From Lama glama (taxonomy: Eukaryota): a stretch of 64,000 nucleotides of DNA. Each line of letters starts with the position of its first letter. The first letter of the stretch is position 1. The notes under the pieces are model-generated. The model worked only from the letters and a program-made list of their open reading frames with translations. It was not told the DNA's origin and ran no database searches. The translations under genes were made by a program, and so were the position numbers. Where the stretch lies: NCBI GenBank assembly GCA_028534125.1, contig CM052817.1:46936001-47000000 (forward strand), read 5' to 3'. Below are positions 1 to 13,021 of the stretch, one piece after another.

Positions 1-1436
1 ACATGTTGTCCAAGTAAAAATGATAAGATTACCAAATTATTTTTCCACAAAAAATGAATTTTACTAGGTTGGCATAATTAAGGAATTTTTTTACCAATGA
101 AGAAAGGATGTTATTGGGAGAGAAGATAGTTAATAGTACTAGTTTGTGCTGGAATCAGAAGTATTAGCAGTAGAAATTCAGATGCTCATCTTTGGTGCAA
201 TTCTGATTATCCATAATTTTCTCTAATAACTAGTGATTTCTACTCATGTTAAAATGTTAGGCTGGTATAATTGGGTGACATTTTTGTAAATTACTAAAAT
301 TTCTGAGTGATATAAGGCATAAGATTAACAAGCTAGATGAAAATTAAATTTTACTTTAGAATAACTGGTTTAATGTAGATTTTATATCTGGAATACCTTT
401 TCTCAACCAACAATTGAAATTTACTTCAGATATGCTTGTTTGTTTCTCTAGAACTCTGAGGTCCATATTTGACTTGTGGATGTTATACCATGCATGTTTA
501 TAAGTTATATCCCAGAAGATTACAGCTACCAGTTTGAATCAGTTTTTCTTTTTAAAAGTTTTACTTGAGGAACCAGTGTGGTTTTAATTTTTTGGTTTCT
601 GGCTACCTATATTATTTTACCAACGAGAACCCTAAGTATTTCCACCAATTCTTTTCAATCACCACTACCAATCTAGAGCCTTGTACCTTTTTGACTTGGT
701 ATAGCAAACAAATGATTGCTATACCCATAGCCAGATATGTTTATTCACCTGGCTGTCAGGAGATAACAGTGGATGTCATAGTTCAGCAACTTTTCTTCCA
801 GGGAAATTGAGTCCCAGTTCTCTACTGGCCAGGTAGCTTCGTGAATATGTGAATTTATATCTTACCTTTATCAGTCTTGAAGATGGTAGGCCCCAGCAAA
901 GACATATATTTTAGTTGGAGTTTAATTTCCTGGTACTTCTCAATGCTTTTGGGTACTCTTTGTGTGTATGTGTGTGTGTTTAAAAGGCACAGACTATTAA
1001 ATGTAGAAAAACTTTGACTTAGAGGTTTAAGTTTTCCCTACATCTTAATAATTTAGCATAATTTTTTTGTTCTTATGATAAGTTTTTACATCTTTATGGT
1101 CAGATGAGGTATCTGTCTACACAGCCTTAGATTTTACTTTTATTGCACCACTTAGATATCACAAACCTGCATCCCTCTATTGTCTAATTTTAGCCATGTA
1201 ATATTTTTAAAATTCTGAAATTAATTTCCCAAAGATTCCTCTATGCACATAAAATACATACATTTTATATTTATGATAAAGAAGGTGGATTTGTTTTTAA
1301 TTCCTTAACAGTGCATTTCACCTTCTATGGATATAATGACTTGGTGCATAACTGTTGGCACTAAACCTCCCAACAGTAACTCTGTAATGAGGATGCCATT
1401 CATGTGCACTTCTGAGGGGGTTTCTTTTTCACACAG

Positions 1437-2189
1437 CTGCTTCTAAACAAAAGTCCAGCAGCCATTTGCCAGCAAACAGCCAGGATGTACAGGGTTACAT
1501 CACCAATCAGTCTCCAGAGAGCATTGTAGAAGAGGCTCAGGGAAAGTTAACAGAACTGGAACAGAGGATAAAAGAAGCCATAGAAAAGAATGCACAGCTG
1601 CAGTCCTTGGAACTGGCTCATGCTGACCAACTTACCAAGGAGAAGATCGAGGAGCTGAACAAAACAAGGGAGGAACAAATTCAGAAGAAGCAAAAGATTT
1701 TGGAGGAACTCCAGAAAGTAGAACGAGAGTTACAACTGAAAACTCAGCAGCAGCTAAAAAAGCAGTATCTAGAGGTTAAAGCTCAAAGAATTCAACTTCA
1801 GCAGCAGCAGCAACAGTCTTGCCAACATCTGGGACTACTAACTCCTGTTGGGGTTGGAGAACAGCTTTCAGAGGGAGACTATGCACGGTTGCAGCAAGTG
1901 GATCCTGTTTTGCTTAAAGATGAACCCCAGCAGACTGCTGCTCAGATGGGTTTTGCACCAATCCAGCCTCTGGCCATGCCTCAAGCTTTGCCTCTGGCGG
2001 CAGGTCCCTTGCCTCCAGGGTCCATCGCAAATCTTACAGAACTGCAAGGAGTGATAGTTGGACAGCCAGTACTGGGCCAAGCACAGTTGGCAGGGCTGGG
2101 GCAAGGAATTCTGACAGAAACACAACAAGGGTTAATGGTAGCCAGCCCTGCTCAGACCCTCAATGACACGCTGGATGACATCATGGCAG
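1437..2189 (+). CDS. ANKRD17: ANKRD17 exon (approx. exon 15): 753-nt Q-rich coiled-coil cassette, phase 1-1
   Basis: Acceptor ttttcacacag at 1436, donor G|gtgggt at 2190. Peptide ASKQKSSSHLPANSQ...TLNDTLDDIMA, with a (CAG)4CAACAG Q6 tract at 1799-1816. Confidence 0.95.
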
Positions 2190-5100
2190 GTGGGTTTATA
2201 TTGTTATGAGCAGGTATCAAATATGATTTGCTTAAGGCGAGTAAGAATGTGCCAGAATTTTTTGACGTTACCCAGCTTGAGAACTATTTCTGGACTCTTG
2301 ACCCATGTATAGTTTTAGAAATATTAGTTCAATCTCAGAAGTTCTCAGACGGATACAGGTCAAATTAAAGATTAGCTCATTCAATACAAGTGACCGAAAT
2401 TTTCTGGCTTAGGTGGGTAGGCTGGGAATCTAGGTTTCTCAGTAGTTGGGTGGATGTTTGATTTTTTTGTTTTTGTTTCTGTTTTTTCTCTTTAAGTTCA
2501 GAATACTGATAGAATTTTTGCTTCTGTATTTACACCAGTAAACCAGGAAATTGATAGAAGTTGAAGTGCAAAAACTAGTAGAATACATCAGAAAGCTTAT
2601 TTGTGAACAGAAATATTTTATATCCTAATGGATCAGACTTCACACCTGATGGATATTTTAATAAAACAAGACACGTAAACACTTTTACAACAATAATAAA
2701 GTGCCAAACCAAATACAGTTTGTTTATACTGTATGTCAGTGATTTTATCCCCTATGAATGTTAATGCGTAGTTTCTTTCTAATTGTATTGTGGAAAGGTA
2801 TGGTCCCCTGACAGTATCATAAATGATATATCTTTAAATGGGTAGCCAGAGAAATTTATTCCATTATAATTAGTTTCAATGGCAAAGAGAAATATTTTAG
2901 AAGGTTGTTTTAGTAGTAGTAGTTTGGGGTACTTATTTTTCAAGCTCTGTAACAAAGTAGTAGAATGAGATTTTACAGGATTATAAATCATAAGAATACT
3001 ATACTGAAAAGGATGATTTTGTTCATTAAAAAAAAGTAAAGAAAAGAACTTGAAAAGAAAGAAAAAGGAAAAAACAAAGGGAGTAATAGGTGAATTTTGA
3101 TAATTTTCATTTGTTCTCTTCCCTCTTTTAATTCTTTGATCTGTACCTAAAAGATGATTGAATTTTTCTAATTTTGAAACTGTTTTAATAGTATGACATA
3201 GTATGATGAGATTATACATAATTTAGCTTTTATTTTTAAAAAGAATGAAAGAAAACTAAATTGTATAGTATTGAGATATTTAGCTAACATTCAGAAACTA
3301 AAAAACCAGCTAATGAGATAGGTTTCCAGTCCTCTTTTAGTATCACCTCAACAGTAATATGTGAAATTTTAAGCCTCTGCTAATCTTGGAGGGTCAATAA
3401 TTACATTGAAAAAAAAGTTATTAATTACTAGTGAGAACTGTAAGATTCTTATATTAAGCAGTATACATCTTTTCTATGGACTTGAAAATTACTACTAATC
3501 ACCACCAGCTGGTTATAATAATTGGGAATATAATTTTAAAAACATTAGATGTCTTATGAAGATTGAAGTACAATAGCTCCAAATCCCAAATTTGATATTA
3601 CTTCTGTGACCATTAATCTAGATCATAATGGTGTTCTTTCTATTATGTCAGTTGAACTACCAAAGAATGTATAGAATTAAGCATTATTTATCCAATTAAA
3701 TGAAGAATAGACATTCCATACCAGTGAATATTTTTAAAATTTTGATATGTTATCAGAATTTACCTGATGTTCTTGAGCATAGTTATCAACAGTGATTTAC
3801 CAGTTGTATAATTTTTATGCTGATCAGAATTATCAGAAATTTGTAAAGTAGTTTTTCTGTTGATTTGTTTACCAAACAAAAAATAATTAAATTTTGCCTA
3901 TGTGTTCCAGGTGTTTTCATGTAAAATTTTTTTTTTTAGCACACATAACTTTTCAGGAAATATGACAGATACTTGTCATATTGTAAAAATACTTTACCCG
4001 TTTGTTCTCATTTACATGGGGAGAGGAGAGATGACCCAAAGAAAGAACGGGATTAAAAACATCCAATTACCTCCCTGCAACCCATTCCTGCATCATGCAT
4101 ATGCACGTGCACAAACATACACATATACTCATATACTCACCTCCACAGCCTTTCTTTAAAGTTCTTCTATGGTAGTACTTGTTCTTTCAGTTGACTAATG
4201 ACCATTTCCATTTCTTTCTTTGGGTTTTTAATATCTTACAGCTTCATTAGGTTCAGTCTTCCTTCCCTCCTTCAGCATAAGCTCTGTTCCTTATTCCTTA
4301 GTGTCTATTTATTAGGCTGCTCTTACAGGGTCAAATCTCTTTTTCTCTAGTACTTGGCTGGCCAAAATCTTCCATCTTCCCTGGTTTCTGTACTAGTCAA
4401 ATACAAAATTGGTTCCATGCTTAAGCAGTCTTAACACCTTGCCTTTGCTGTGCTCCCAAGTTCCCTCTTTCCTTACCTGATGTTAAAACTCCTCTGAGTA
4501 TCTGGTTTTTCCCTCTGAAATCCAACCCTAAAATGAAGTTCCACATGTAAAGACCTGTACCAGAGTTCCTTCAGGTACCTTCATATTTACAGTTGTTACT
4601 TTTAACTGTAGAGAATGGATGAGTGACAAGCAGTAAAGGAAATGAAATGAGGAAATTGATTTTTCCTGTCTTCTTTTAGATGAGGTGGTGAGAACAACCG
4701 ATTTGACCAAAAATAAGAAAACTAATTTTAGTATGTTCTTTAAAAGAACTTATTCCAATTGAAATGTAAATTATCATTTAGTCATTTAACAATAAAACTT
4801 AGTATTTTTGTTTAGTATCATGAAATAAAAATCAGTTCTTTGGACAGATTGGTGTTCATTCTAAGCTGATTTTTGTATTTAGCATTTTCATTTGTAAAAA
4901 TCAATCTAATAAAAGGAGAATATGGAATCTATTTTAAGAGCCATAGATTTTATATGGTTTTGAAATTTATATCTAGAATGTGTACATTTGAATTATCTTG
5001 ATCTTAATATACAAAACTACCAATATTGAGTACCAATATCGAGGTCAATTGATGATTAATTTAACATATTAGTACACGCCCTTTTCTATTGGATCCTTAA

Positions 5101-6368
5101 GGATTCAAACAGTGTTTTGTTTTGTTTTGTTTCGTTTTGTTTCCTCCTTTGCTTTTCCTTTGGCTTTTAAGTGGCTTAAAACTGTATAATTACAGAATGT
5201 GTGTTGCTATAATGTATAGTGTATGTTTGTGCCTGAACTAAGGATTTCATGTAAAATAGATTCCTTAACTGACAGTCATGTTTATAATTGTGTTATAATA
5301 AGGTCAATATCAGTTTTGTTCTTGGCAGGAACATAACCTCTTTTACCTGGTTTCAGATCTAGTTGTGACTCATGATTGTTTTCTGTCTGATGTAGTTGAT
5401 AACTACGTTGATAATACACATCCACACTACTGCTGCTCATTCAAAGATTAATGCCCAGACTTTAGTGCTATATCATTTTTAATAAGAGGGAAAAAGGATT
5501 GATGTTCACATATCAACTCCAGAAGTGAGTCGATGAGGGAATAAAGTACCCTCAACTGCTACCACCTTCAGAATTTTCCCATCTCAAGTACTGATCTAAT
5601 TAGCCCCTTCTTAATTTGCTTATTTTGGTAAAAATAATGTCATGGCAAAATTATACTTACAAGAACTAACAATAATTTATATTTGAAAGATGATTGTATG
5701 CATAAGTTTATTTCTACCCTAATCTATAAATTTTGTCCTCATGCATCAGTGTGATTGCTGGATTGATTGGTGGGCATTTTATGCCCGTCAGAATAATTCT
5801 ATATGTGAGAAACTATTTCTGTGTGAGGATCAAATTTTCATATATATGCTGTCATACTGAGGGCTACCCGCTGTCTGCAGTTAATGAAACAGTAGGAAGT
5901 ATTTTAAATATTGAATAGCAAAGTTCTCCCCAGTGATACCACTTTTATTAGTTCTAGAATAAAAAGTGTGAAATTGGCAAGTAAAAGTCACATTTTCTTC
6001 CTTCTGAACTTGACTATTTTATATTTTATTCCTTTTCTGATTACGAAGATATAATGGACAACCATTTGCATCTATATTTAATTCATAAAAATACTTTTGT
6101 TTTCAGGGTTATTTTGAATTAAGGTTTTATGATTACATACTGTAAGAGGGAAATCTGTCTTTTGTAAATAAGTTACTCTCAATATACATTTTCATTTTGG
6201 ACTGTTGTCCAGTGTCAGAAATAACCGAGAAAATGAGTTCTTAGTGCTATGGCAGTCTACCTGTAGACATTTTGTTTTTAAAGTTCTTTAAATATTTTCT
6301 AATAATTATTTCTTACTGTTACCTAACAATGTTTCGTCCTTATTAAGTGCAGTTATTTTGTTCAACAG

Positions 6369-6517
6369 CAGTCAGTGGAAGAGCATCTGCAATGTCAAAC
6401 ACTCCTACCCACAGTATTGCTGCTTCCATTTCCCAACCTCAGACTCCAACTCCAAGTCCTATCATCTCTCCTTCAGCCATGCTTCCTATCTACCCTGCCA
6501 TTGATATTGATGCACAG
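6369..6517 (+). CDS. ANKRD17: ANKRD17 exon, AVSGRASAMSNTP...IDIDAQ
   Basis: Tandem acceptor caacag|cag, donor CAG|gtaagc; 149 nt, phase 1 to 0. Confidence 0.95.
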
Positions 6518-6944
6518 GTAAGCTCCAGACTCAGGAGTAATGGTTTTTAACTGGAATTATATCATCATTACATTACAAGCATTAATCATTGATTTAAAAT
6601 CTTAGACTGTTTATCTCTGAGCAAAGACCTGAGCCACAGTTACAGAATGATTAGAATCCACATTTAAAGACAAAATATCAAATATAGATTGTTACTGATA
6701 ATTATCATGAAGATATATTTTCCGAGATCAAGTAATCTATTTTTCTTTAAACTTTAGAACAAGATGTAAAAAGAAAGAACTTACTTAATTAAGATTAGTG
6801 TGTATTTTCTTCTAAACTTAAATTAGAATATGAGTTTTAGAAGATGTTTTGAAATTCATAACAGATTACATATAAAAGAAGAGGTTCTTTCATTTATATA
6901 TCATATACACTCACTTGCATTTATATTCTTTGAAAATTCTGAAT

Positions 6945-7020
6945 TTGCTGGCTGTAATATGTAGTGAGTCTATGTGTCTGTTCTTGCTGGCTGTAATATG
7001 TAGTGAGTCTATGTGTCTGT
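6945..7020. repeat. Direct tandem duplication, period 39 bp, 37 bp identical
   Basis: TTGCTGGCTGTAATATGTAGTGAGTCTATGTGTCTGT at 6945 and 6984. Confidence 0.95.
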
Positions 7021-8769
7021 CTATAACACTGTCAAGTTTTTTTAAAAAAAAAGTTTTTTAAAGAAATTAGTTTACTATGAAATCTTAGAACAAAGTGAGG
7101 TTGGAGAAGAGAGGATAGCTTGTGTTTTGTCCTGAAGAAATGCCGAGAGGCCTAGCTTAGAAGACTGCTGAATGAGGTAAGGGTGTATATGACCTTCTTC
7201 AGGGCTGAGAAATGTTTGTAGTTTATTTAGTTTTAATTAATACCTAGTTGGGGGACTAGTGTGAGGGTGGTGGTGTACATTATAAAACTTACGGTCTTAT
7301 AAGTGATCAGTTCTTTATAAACGTGAATTTTAGGGGAAAGAGAGTGTGTTTATTGTTGGACTATTAAAGGCCTATACTCTTGAACTATTGAAAATAAAGC
7401 TTCCTTTTCATTAAAATGTGACATCAGTCAATCAATCAATCAATCAATACTGTGAAAAGGAAATTGTATTTCTGTTCTTACTTGCTTCTCAAATATTTAT
7501 TGTTTTATATGAGCTAACTTTTTTGGAGCTCCTAAAAGCGTCAGGGGCTATTTTTAAGGAATAACCTCATTCATTCTGCAGACTACACCTATCAGTAGCT
7601 ACTCTTGAACATCCATTTTTCTGATAAAGAAACTGAGGCTAAGAGAGGAAAAAGCATTTTGCTTACAATCACTTTTTTTAACCAAGAAGTGGTGGGGCTG
7701 GGTATCAAATTTAGGTTGATTTGATTTCAAAAACGCCCTTACAAATATCATACTATACAGAACAACTATACAAATAAATATGAGACATTAATTTGATAAA
7801 CCACAGTGGTTTACATTTCATATTGACAGCATTGTAAAATTGAATGGAACATTTTATTGAATTTGCATTATTTTCCTCTAATCTTTTTTGCTGAGTTTGT
7901 AACTGTTTTAACCAGAAGTATATTTTCTAATTTTTGTGGGATCAAAAATTGATCCATAAGGAAAAGTAAAAACTTCACCAAAATATAAATGGATTTCTTT
8001 TTTTTAAAAGGCCTTTAAATGAAACAGCTGCAGAGAAGTTTCCACCAAGTATGTTCATGATTTTATTGAATTTGAAATTGTTATAGTGATGGTGAAATTT
8101 TATCTGACTATACCACTAAACCAACCATAAATTAATTTCTGTGAAGTTACATTTAAATACTTTTAAAATGTTAATTTAAAAAAAACATGTTTTAAATGCA
8201 GTAGACATATTTAATGTAAAAAGATTTGTGTTTGGCTCCATAAAAATCTGCTTCTTTTTTATCTGGTCTTTACATCGAGGTTTTTCAGTTGGGTTAGCCT
8301 AATATGAGTTACAGTACTTTTCTTGGAGTTTACCGTAATTGCATAATTAGACATTAGAAAATTCCTGTTTGAGAAAGCATAATATAAAATAAATATTCAG
8401 AAATAGTTGTTCACTATTTTTTTTTAATTTTCAGTGTAGTGTGTTTGTTTGTTTGTTTGTTTTGTATTTTTTGTTTTTTATTTTTAGTTTACTAGTTTTT
8501 ATGATACCATGCAGGTACTTTAAGTGTTAAATATAAAGATTCTTTTGTGCTAAATCCATCTGAAGTTTTTTCTAGATTCTCAAATAAAAATCCCATGAAA
8601 TTTTATGTAATGGTTATTTTGATTTATGTGTGACAATACTGTGCCATTACAGATAGGTGATGTAATGAAAAAATTAATACCAAGATTTTTCCTCTATCTT
8701 GAAAGATTAAACATTCTTTAATTAATTGGATCTTTCGTTTATTTAACAAAACTTAACATGTACATTCTT

Positions 8770-8900
8770 AACACTTTACAGACACTAACTTCTTTAACTT
8801 TATCTCTATAACAATCTCATGAAGTAGGTAGGTACTGTTACTATTCCCATTTTACAGGTGAGGAAAAAGACCTTGCCTAACAGATAATTTTTGGTGAAGC
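8770..8900. mobile_element. MIR SINE fragment (similar fragments near 7560-7730, 24975-25040, 47055-47138)
   Basis: MIR core motif: ACAATCTCATGAAGTAGG...TATTCCCATTTTACAGGTGAGGAAA. Confidence 0.7.
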
Positions 8901-10433
8901 CAGCTTTCAAACAAAATAAAACAAAACAAAACAAAACAAAACAAAACACCCTCTGAGTCTAGAATCTAGAAAATGGGTCTGTCTAGGTAGCAAAGGATCA
9001 TGGGTCTTTAATCTTTGCATCTTTTTGGCATATTTCCTTGGCCATACTGCATATTTACCATAAATCTTAATTTAAGGAAGAACAAAATAAATTAATATTT
9101 TAAAGCTTTAGTGTATAAATCTTTTTTCAAATGCTAATGATTTATGAAAAATGATCTTTTGAGCATATTAGGGAACTCATATTTCAAATAAGAATTAGCT
9201 GGACTCAAATGTATAATTTCTGAACCTCAAAGAATGCTGAAGATAAGAGTTTGCATTCTTTATAAGGTTCATTGAACCTTATGTTTTATAATTAGAAATC
9301 ACCCTTGGTGTGTGTGCCACAGGCTCCCCAACTCTCTTGTAGTGGTCTTACTGAATCAAGTTTGTCTGGGTATTTTCAAAACTTTTAAGACTGATACCAT
9401 ACATTGCTGTTTCCAAAATTTAGGAAACATCAATAAATGGTAGTTTGAAGGAATTATTTGGGACTGTTTTACTATCCATTTTGTTAACGTAGGTATAATC
9501 TGTTTTTATTTTGCTTGAGTGGTATAATGACACTATACATGGGTACTCTAGATACAGAAATTAGGAATCATGTAGAGATTTTTTAAGAACCACTGGTTTT
9601 ATGAGACAGTAAATCTGGTTGAAGTTCAGAGTTGAATACCACTGAATTAATTAAATATTTTCTGTATTTCACTGTGTGAAATTTTTACTAGCTCTACTAG
9701 TTACTAGAAGTGAGAATCAGTTGTTCTGTTCATGGGTTCTAAAACCTTGTGTTTCTGGCATGAACTGAACTTGTGTTCCAGTTCTGAACTGCTTGTCATT
9801 TTATTCTCAAACTTATTATAAAGGCTTTCCTTGAACTTGGAGTAACTTCTTCTTGTACATCTCAAAAATGAAAAGAATAACCTATGTAATTTTTCCTTTT
9901 TTCCTGTTTTTAATAAATAACATACATCCATTATCTTTTAAAAATAGATAGATATTAAATTTAACTTACTTACCAAGACTGACATTGTAAGGTATGTAAA
10001 ATTATGTTTTACCTTTAATGGTATAAATATTATTTGGATATTACTCTCTTTTCCTGCTTTTGCAACACAGAGAACACTTTCATCACCATGATTTAACAAG
10101 AGAAATTAAAGAGACCAGGAAGAATGAATTAATAGTGATATATAATACACTGCCATTGAAGTATTCTCCTTTAAAATACTTGCAGAAATTCTGCTTGTTT
10201 ATATGAAGTGTTTTAGAGATTTTATTTACTGTTTTACTGATTATTCTCATTTGTTGAATGCCCTAAAGTACTATCCTTTTTAATCTTATATATGACCCCT
10301 GACATGGTTAGAGAAAGAGATGTTTGAGATTATAGAGGTCTAAAAAAGGGTCTTCAGCCCTTTAAGTCCTAATGGTTTTCTAAGTAATTTAATTACTTTA
10401 AATGTGATTAATGGATATATTTCCTTTTTATAG

Positions 10434-10442
10434 ACAGTTCAG
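10434..10442 (+). CDS. Candidate 9-nt in-frame microexon (ACA GTT CAG = TVQ) in an ANKRD17 intron
   Basis: tatttcctttttatag|ACAGTTCAG|gtatgt: strong acceptor and donor 9 nt apart within a phase-0 intron. No expression evidence is available here. Confidence 0.5.
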
Positions 10443-12399
10443 GTATGTTTTTTTCACTTACATTCCAGTTCATTTAAAGTTGCCTTTTTCTTTAATATTT
10501 CATCTGTCTTATAATACTTTCTTGGTTTTATACTCTTGTAAAATTGAATAGTCATGCTAATAACCTATAGAATATTTTTGCATTGAATATAATTTTATCA
10601 TTTTTCATGAGCCTGAATCATTGTAACAACATGTTATGATATAGAATGGTATGTTTTGTGATATTGTGAGCTAAATGGAAATTTTCTTTTTACTGTACGC
10701 CTGGAAAGCTCTGGGCATCTTTCTCCTTTCCAGGTTCCTCATAGATATATGACCAAGAATGAGACTTGGTAACCAGTATAATATAACTTGACTTCAGTGT
10801 TATTTTGCCTTCTAGGAAGTCATCGCCTACATTGTTATCATTATTTCCTTGATTAGAAATTTTTTTCTGTACCCTGTTGGTCATTGTTAATTTTAACCCA
10901 GACTTCTACTTCAGTTCATTTGTTTCGTGATGTATTACAAATTAGGATAATATTTCTTACCATTTTGGGAATGTGTAGGTGTGTATTTGGGTAGGGGTAG
11001 AAGCCTCACTTTAGAATCTTTAAATTCTTTCATTACTGTCTTAAAAAGATTGTCATAAAATTAGTTGCTCAAATTTCTCCTTAATGCAGAAATATAGTGG
11101 CTATCTATTCTTAAGTCCCCCAAGGAATTTGATTAATGCCCCCCCTTCTCAGCTTTAAATATTTTTTTCCTTCAACTCTCATACTACAGTGTTTACATTT
11201 CTCTCAAAGTCTAAACCTAAATTTGCCCTGTACAGTAACCAGTAAACTCCTAGTGAGCAGGAACTGTATTTACTTTGTCAACCCTGGAGTACCTAGCAGA
11301 GTACTTTGAATATAAAAGGTGTTTAATAAATGTCAATTAAATTGATGTTTTATAATGTGGAAAAAACCCAAATTATACGGATCCACTAAAATTTTCCATG
11401 CTTACCTTTTTACCTGTCTATTCATTCTCTGTTAAGTTGGCACTAGTTTCCTAAAGTGCTCTTTAACCCCCAGAAAATTTTTAGAAATCTCACAAACTTC
11501 ATCATAAAGTTTATACTGTTCTATTGATTGTCTGTACACTAACATAGAGAGCACATAATATAGATATACTTAACATTATATTCCTCTCAGTCAGCTGTGC
11601 CTTAGGGCTGCTCTGTGATGTAATAGAGAAAGCAGCATTCTGTTATCCAAGATCCTCTTTTTTTTTTTTTTACACCAGTCTTTACCAGTTACTAGTGTGT
11701 ATGACCGTTGGAAGATTATTTCTCTGACCTTTGTTTCCTTTTCTCTGAAACCAGATATAGTAATTCCTTCCTTATAAACCTGAAATAAAGATCAGATACT
11801 ATAAAACAATCAGAGCTGTCACTCATTTAAGTATTCATGTCCTTCTCCATTGTTGTAGTTGGTGCATCTCTCCCTTGTGGCCATTCCTGATCTCTGCAGT
11901 CAGTGGCTCAGCTCTCTGCCAGCCTCTTCTGCAGAGCAGCTTTTGCGGTCTCCCTCTTCATCACTGACTAGTAGGCTTTTTCTTATTTCTTGACTCTATT
12001 GATTTTTGCCTTTTGTCTCATTATTTGGGTTTTCATAATGGAGCTTAGTTTTTACAGTTATTGAACTTCTGGAAGAATATGCTTTTCTTTTTATATTATA
12101 TAAACATAATAAATAAATATTTCTTATATATAGTCCTTTGCTTTATTAGTGATAGTCTTTGAATCTATGACCCTTACAGCTAATTGTCATTCATTCAACT
12201 TAACTATTATTTATTGTTTCCTAGGCAAAACATTACTAATAGGTAGAGAATGCAAACATAAATAAGACATGTTCATTACCTTCCAGGAATTTATAGTCCT
12301 TTGAGGATGATAGACACATAAGTAATAATAGCATAATGAAGATTGGTGATAAATGCTGTAATAGAGGTGCATATGTAAAAGCGGGAAGATGGTTTAGAA

Positions 12400-13021
12400 C
12401 AGGATTGTGCAATAGAAAAATAATGCAGGGCTTGTAATTTTACATTTTCTGGTAGCCACATTTAAAAAAGCAAAAAGAAATAGGAGGAATTAATTTTAAG
12501 AATATATTTTATTTAACCTAATATATCCATAACATTGTTTAAACATATAGTCAATACCAAAAAGTTACTGAGGTATTTTACATTTTTATTTTACACTAAA
12601 CGTCTTCAAAATTTGGTGTATATGTTAACACTAAGCCTAAAATGGTCCAATCATCCTGGTTTTCCTGGGACTTTCCTGACTTTAGCACCAAAAGTCCCTC
12701 ATCCCAGAAAATCCCTCCATCCTGTGCAAATCCAGATGGTTTGCTACCCTATTTAAAATGCATCTCAACTTGGACTTCATTGGAAATACTTGATTTGTGT
12801 TTAGATTTGATTAAATACGGCTGGAAAAGTAGATTCATTACTCAAGTTGCTCCAAACATACAAAAAACGGTTTTTAATAATCAAATTGAATTAACAGTTT
12901 TTAAATTTAAATTAATTAAAATTAAATAAAATATTGAAATTTAGTTCTTCAGTCACACTAGCAATATCTTAAGTACTAATAGCCACATGTTGCTAGTAGT
13001 TTTTTTTTTTTGAACAATATA
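12400..13021. mobile_element. Charlie1/MER33-family hAT DNA transposon remnant
   Basis: CAATAGAAAAATAATG...TTTTCTGGTAGCCACATT...ATAGCCACATGTTGCTAGTAG motifs match the recalled consensus. Confidence 0.7.
12638..12751. mobile_element. MER81-like (hAT-Blackjack) MITE nested in the Charlie1/MER33 element
   Basis: 114-bp GC-richer block with long degenerate inverted ends, CCTGGTTTTCCTGGGAC...GCAAATCCAGATGGTTTGCTACCCTA. Confidence 0.65.

Noticed and set aside
1377..1436. Alternative acceptor 60 nt upstream of the cassette exon that would add a premature stop
   Set aside because: Short pyrimidine tract; indistinguishable from a chance CAG without transcript data.
2779..3219. 146-aa minus-strand ORF and the many 60-120-aa intronic ORFs
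   Set aside because: Low-complexity F/L/I/K-rich translations of AT-rich intron or old repeats, with no splice-phase fit or recognisable homology.
7138..7176. Possible 39-nt poison exon (cctgaag|...TAG...GAG|gtaagg)
   Set aside because: The donor is good but the AAG acceptor is weak. Such pseudo-exons are common and nothing else supports it.
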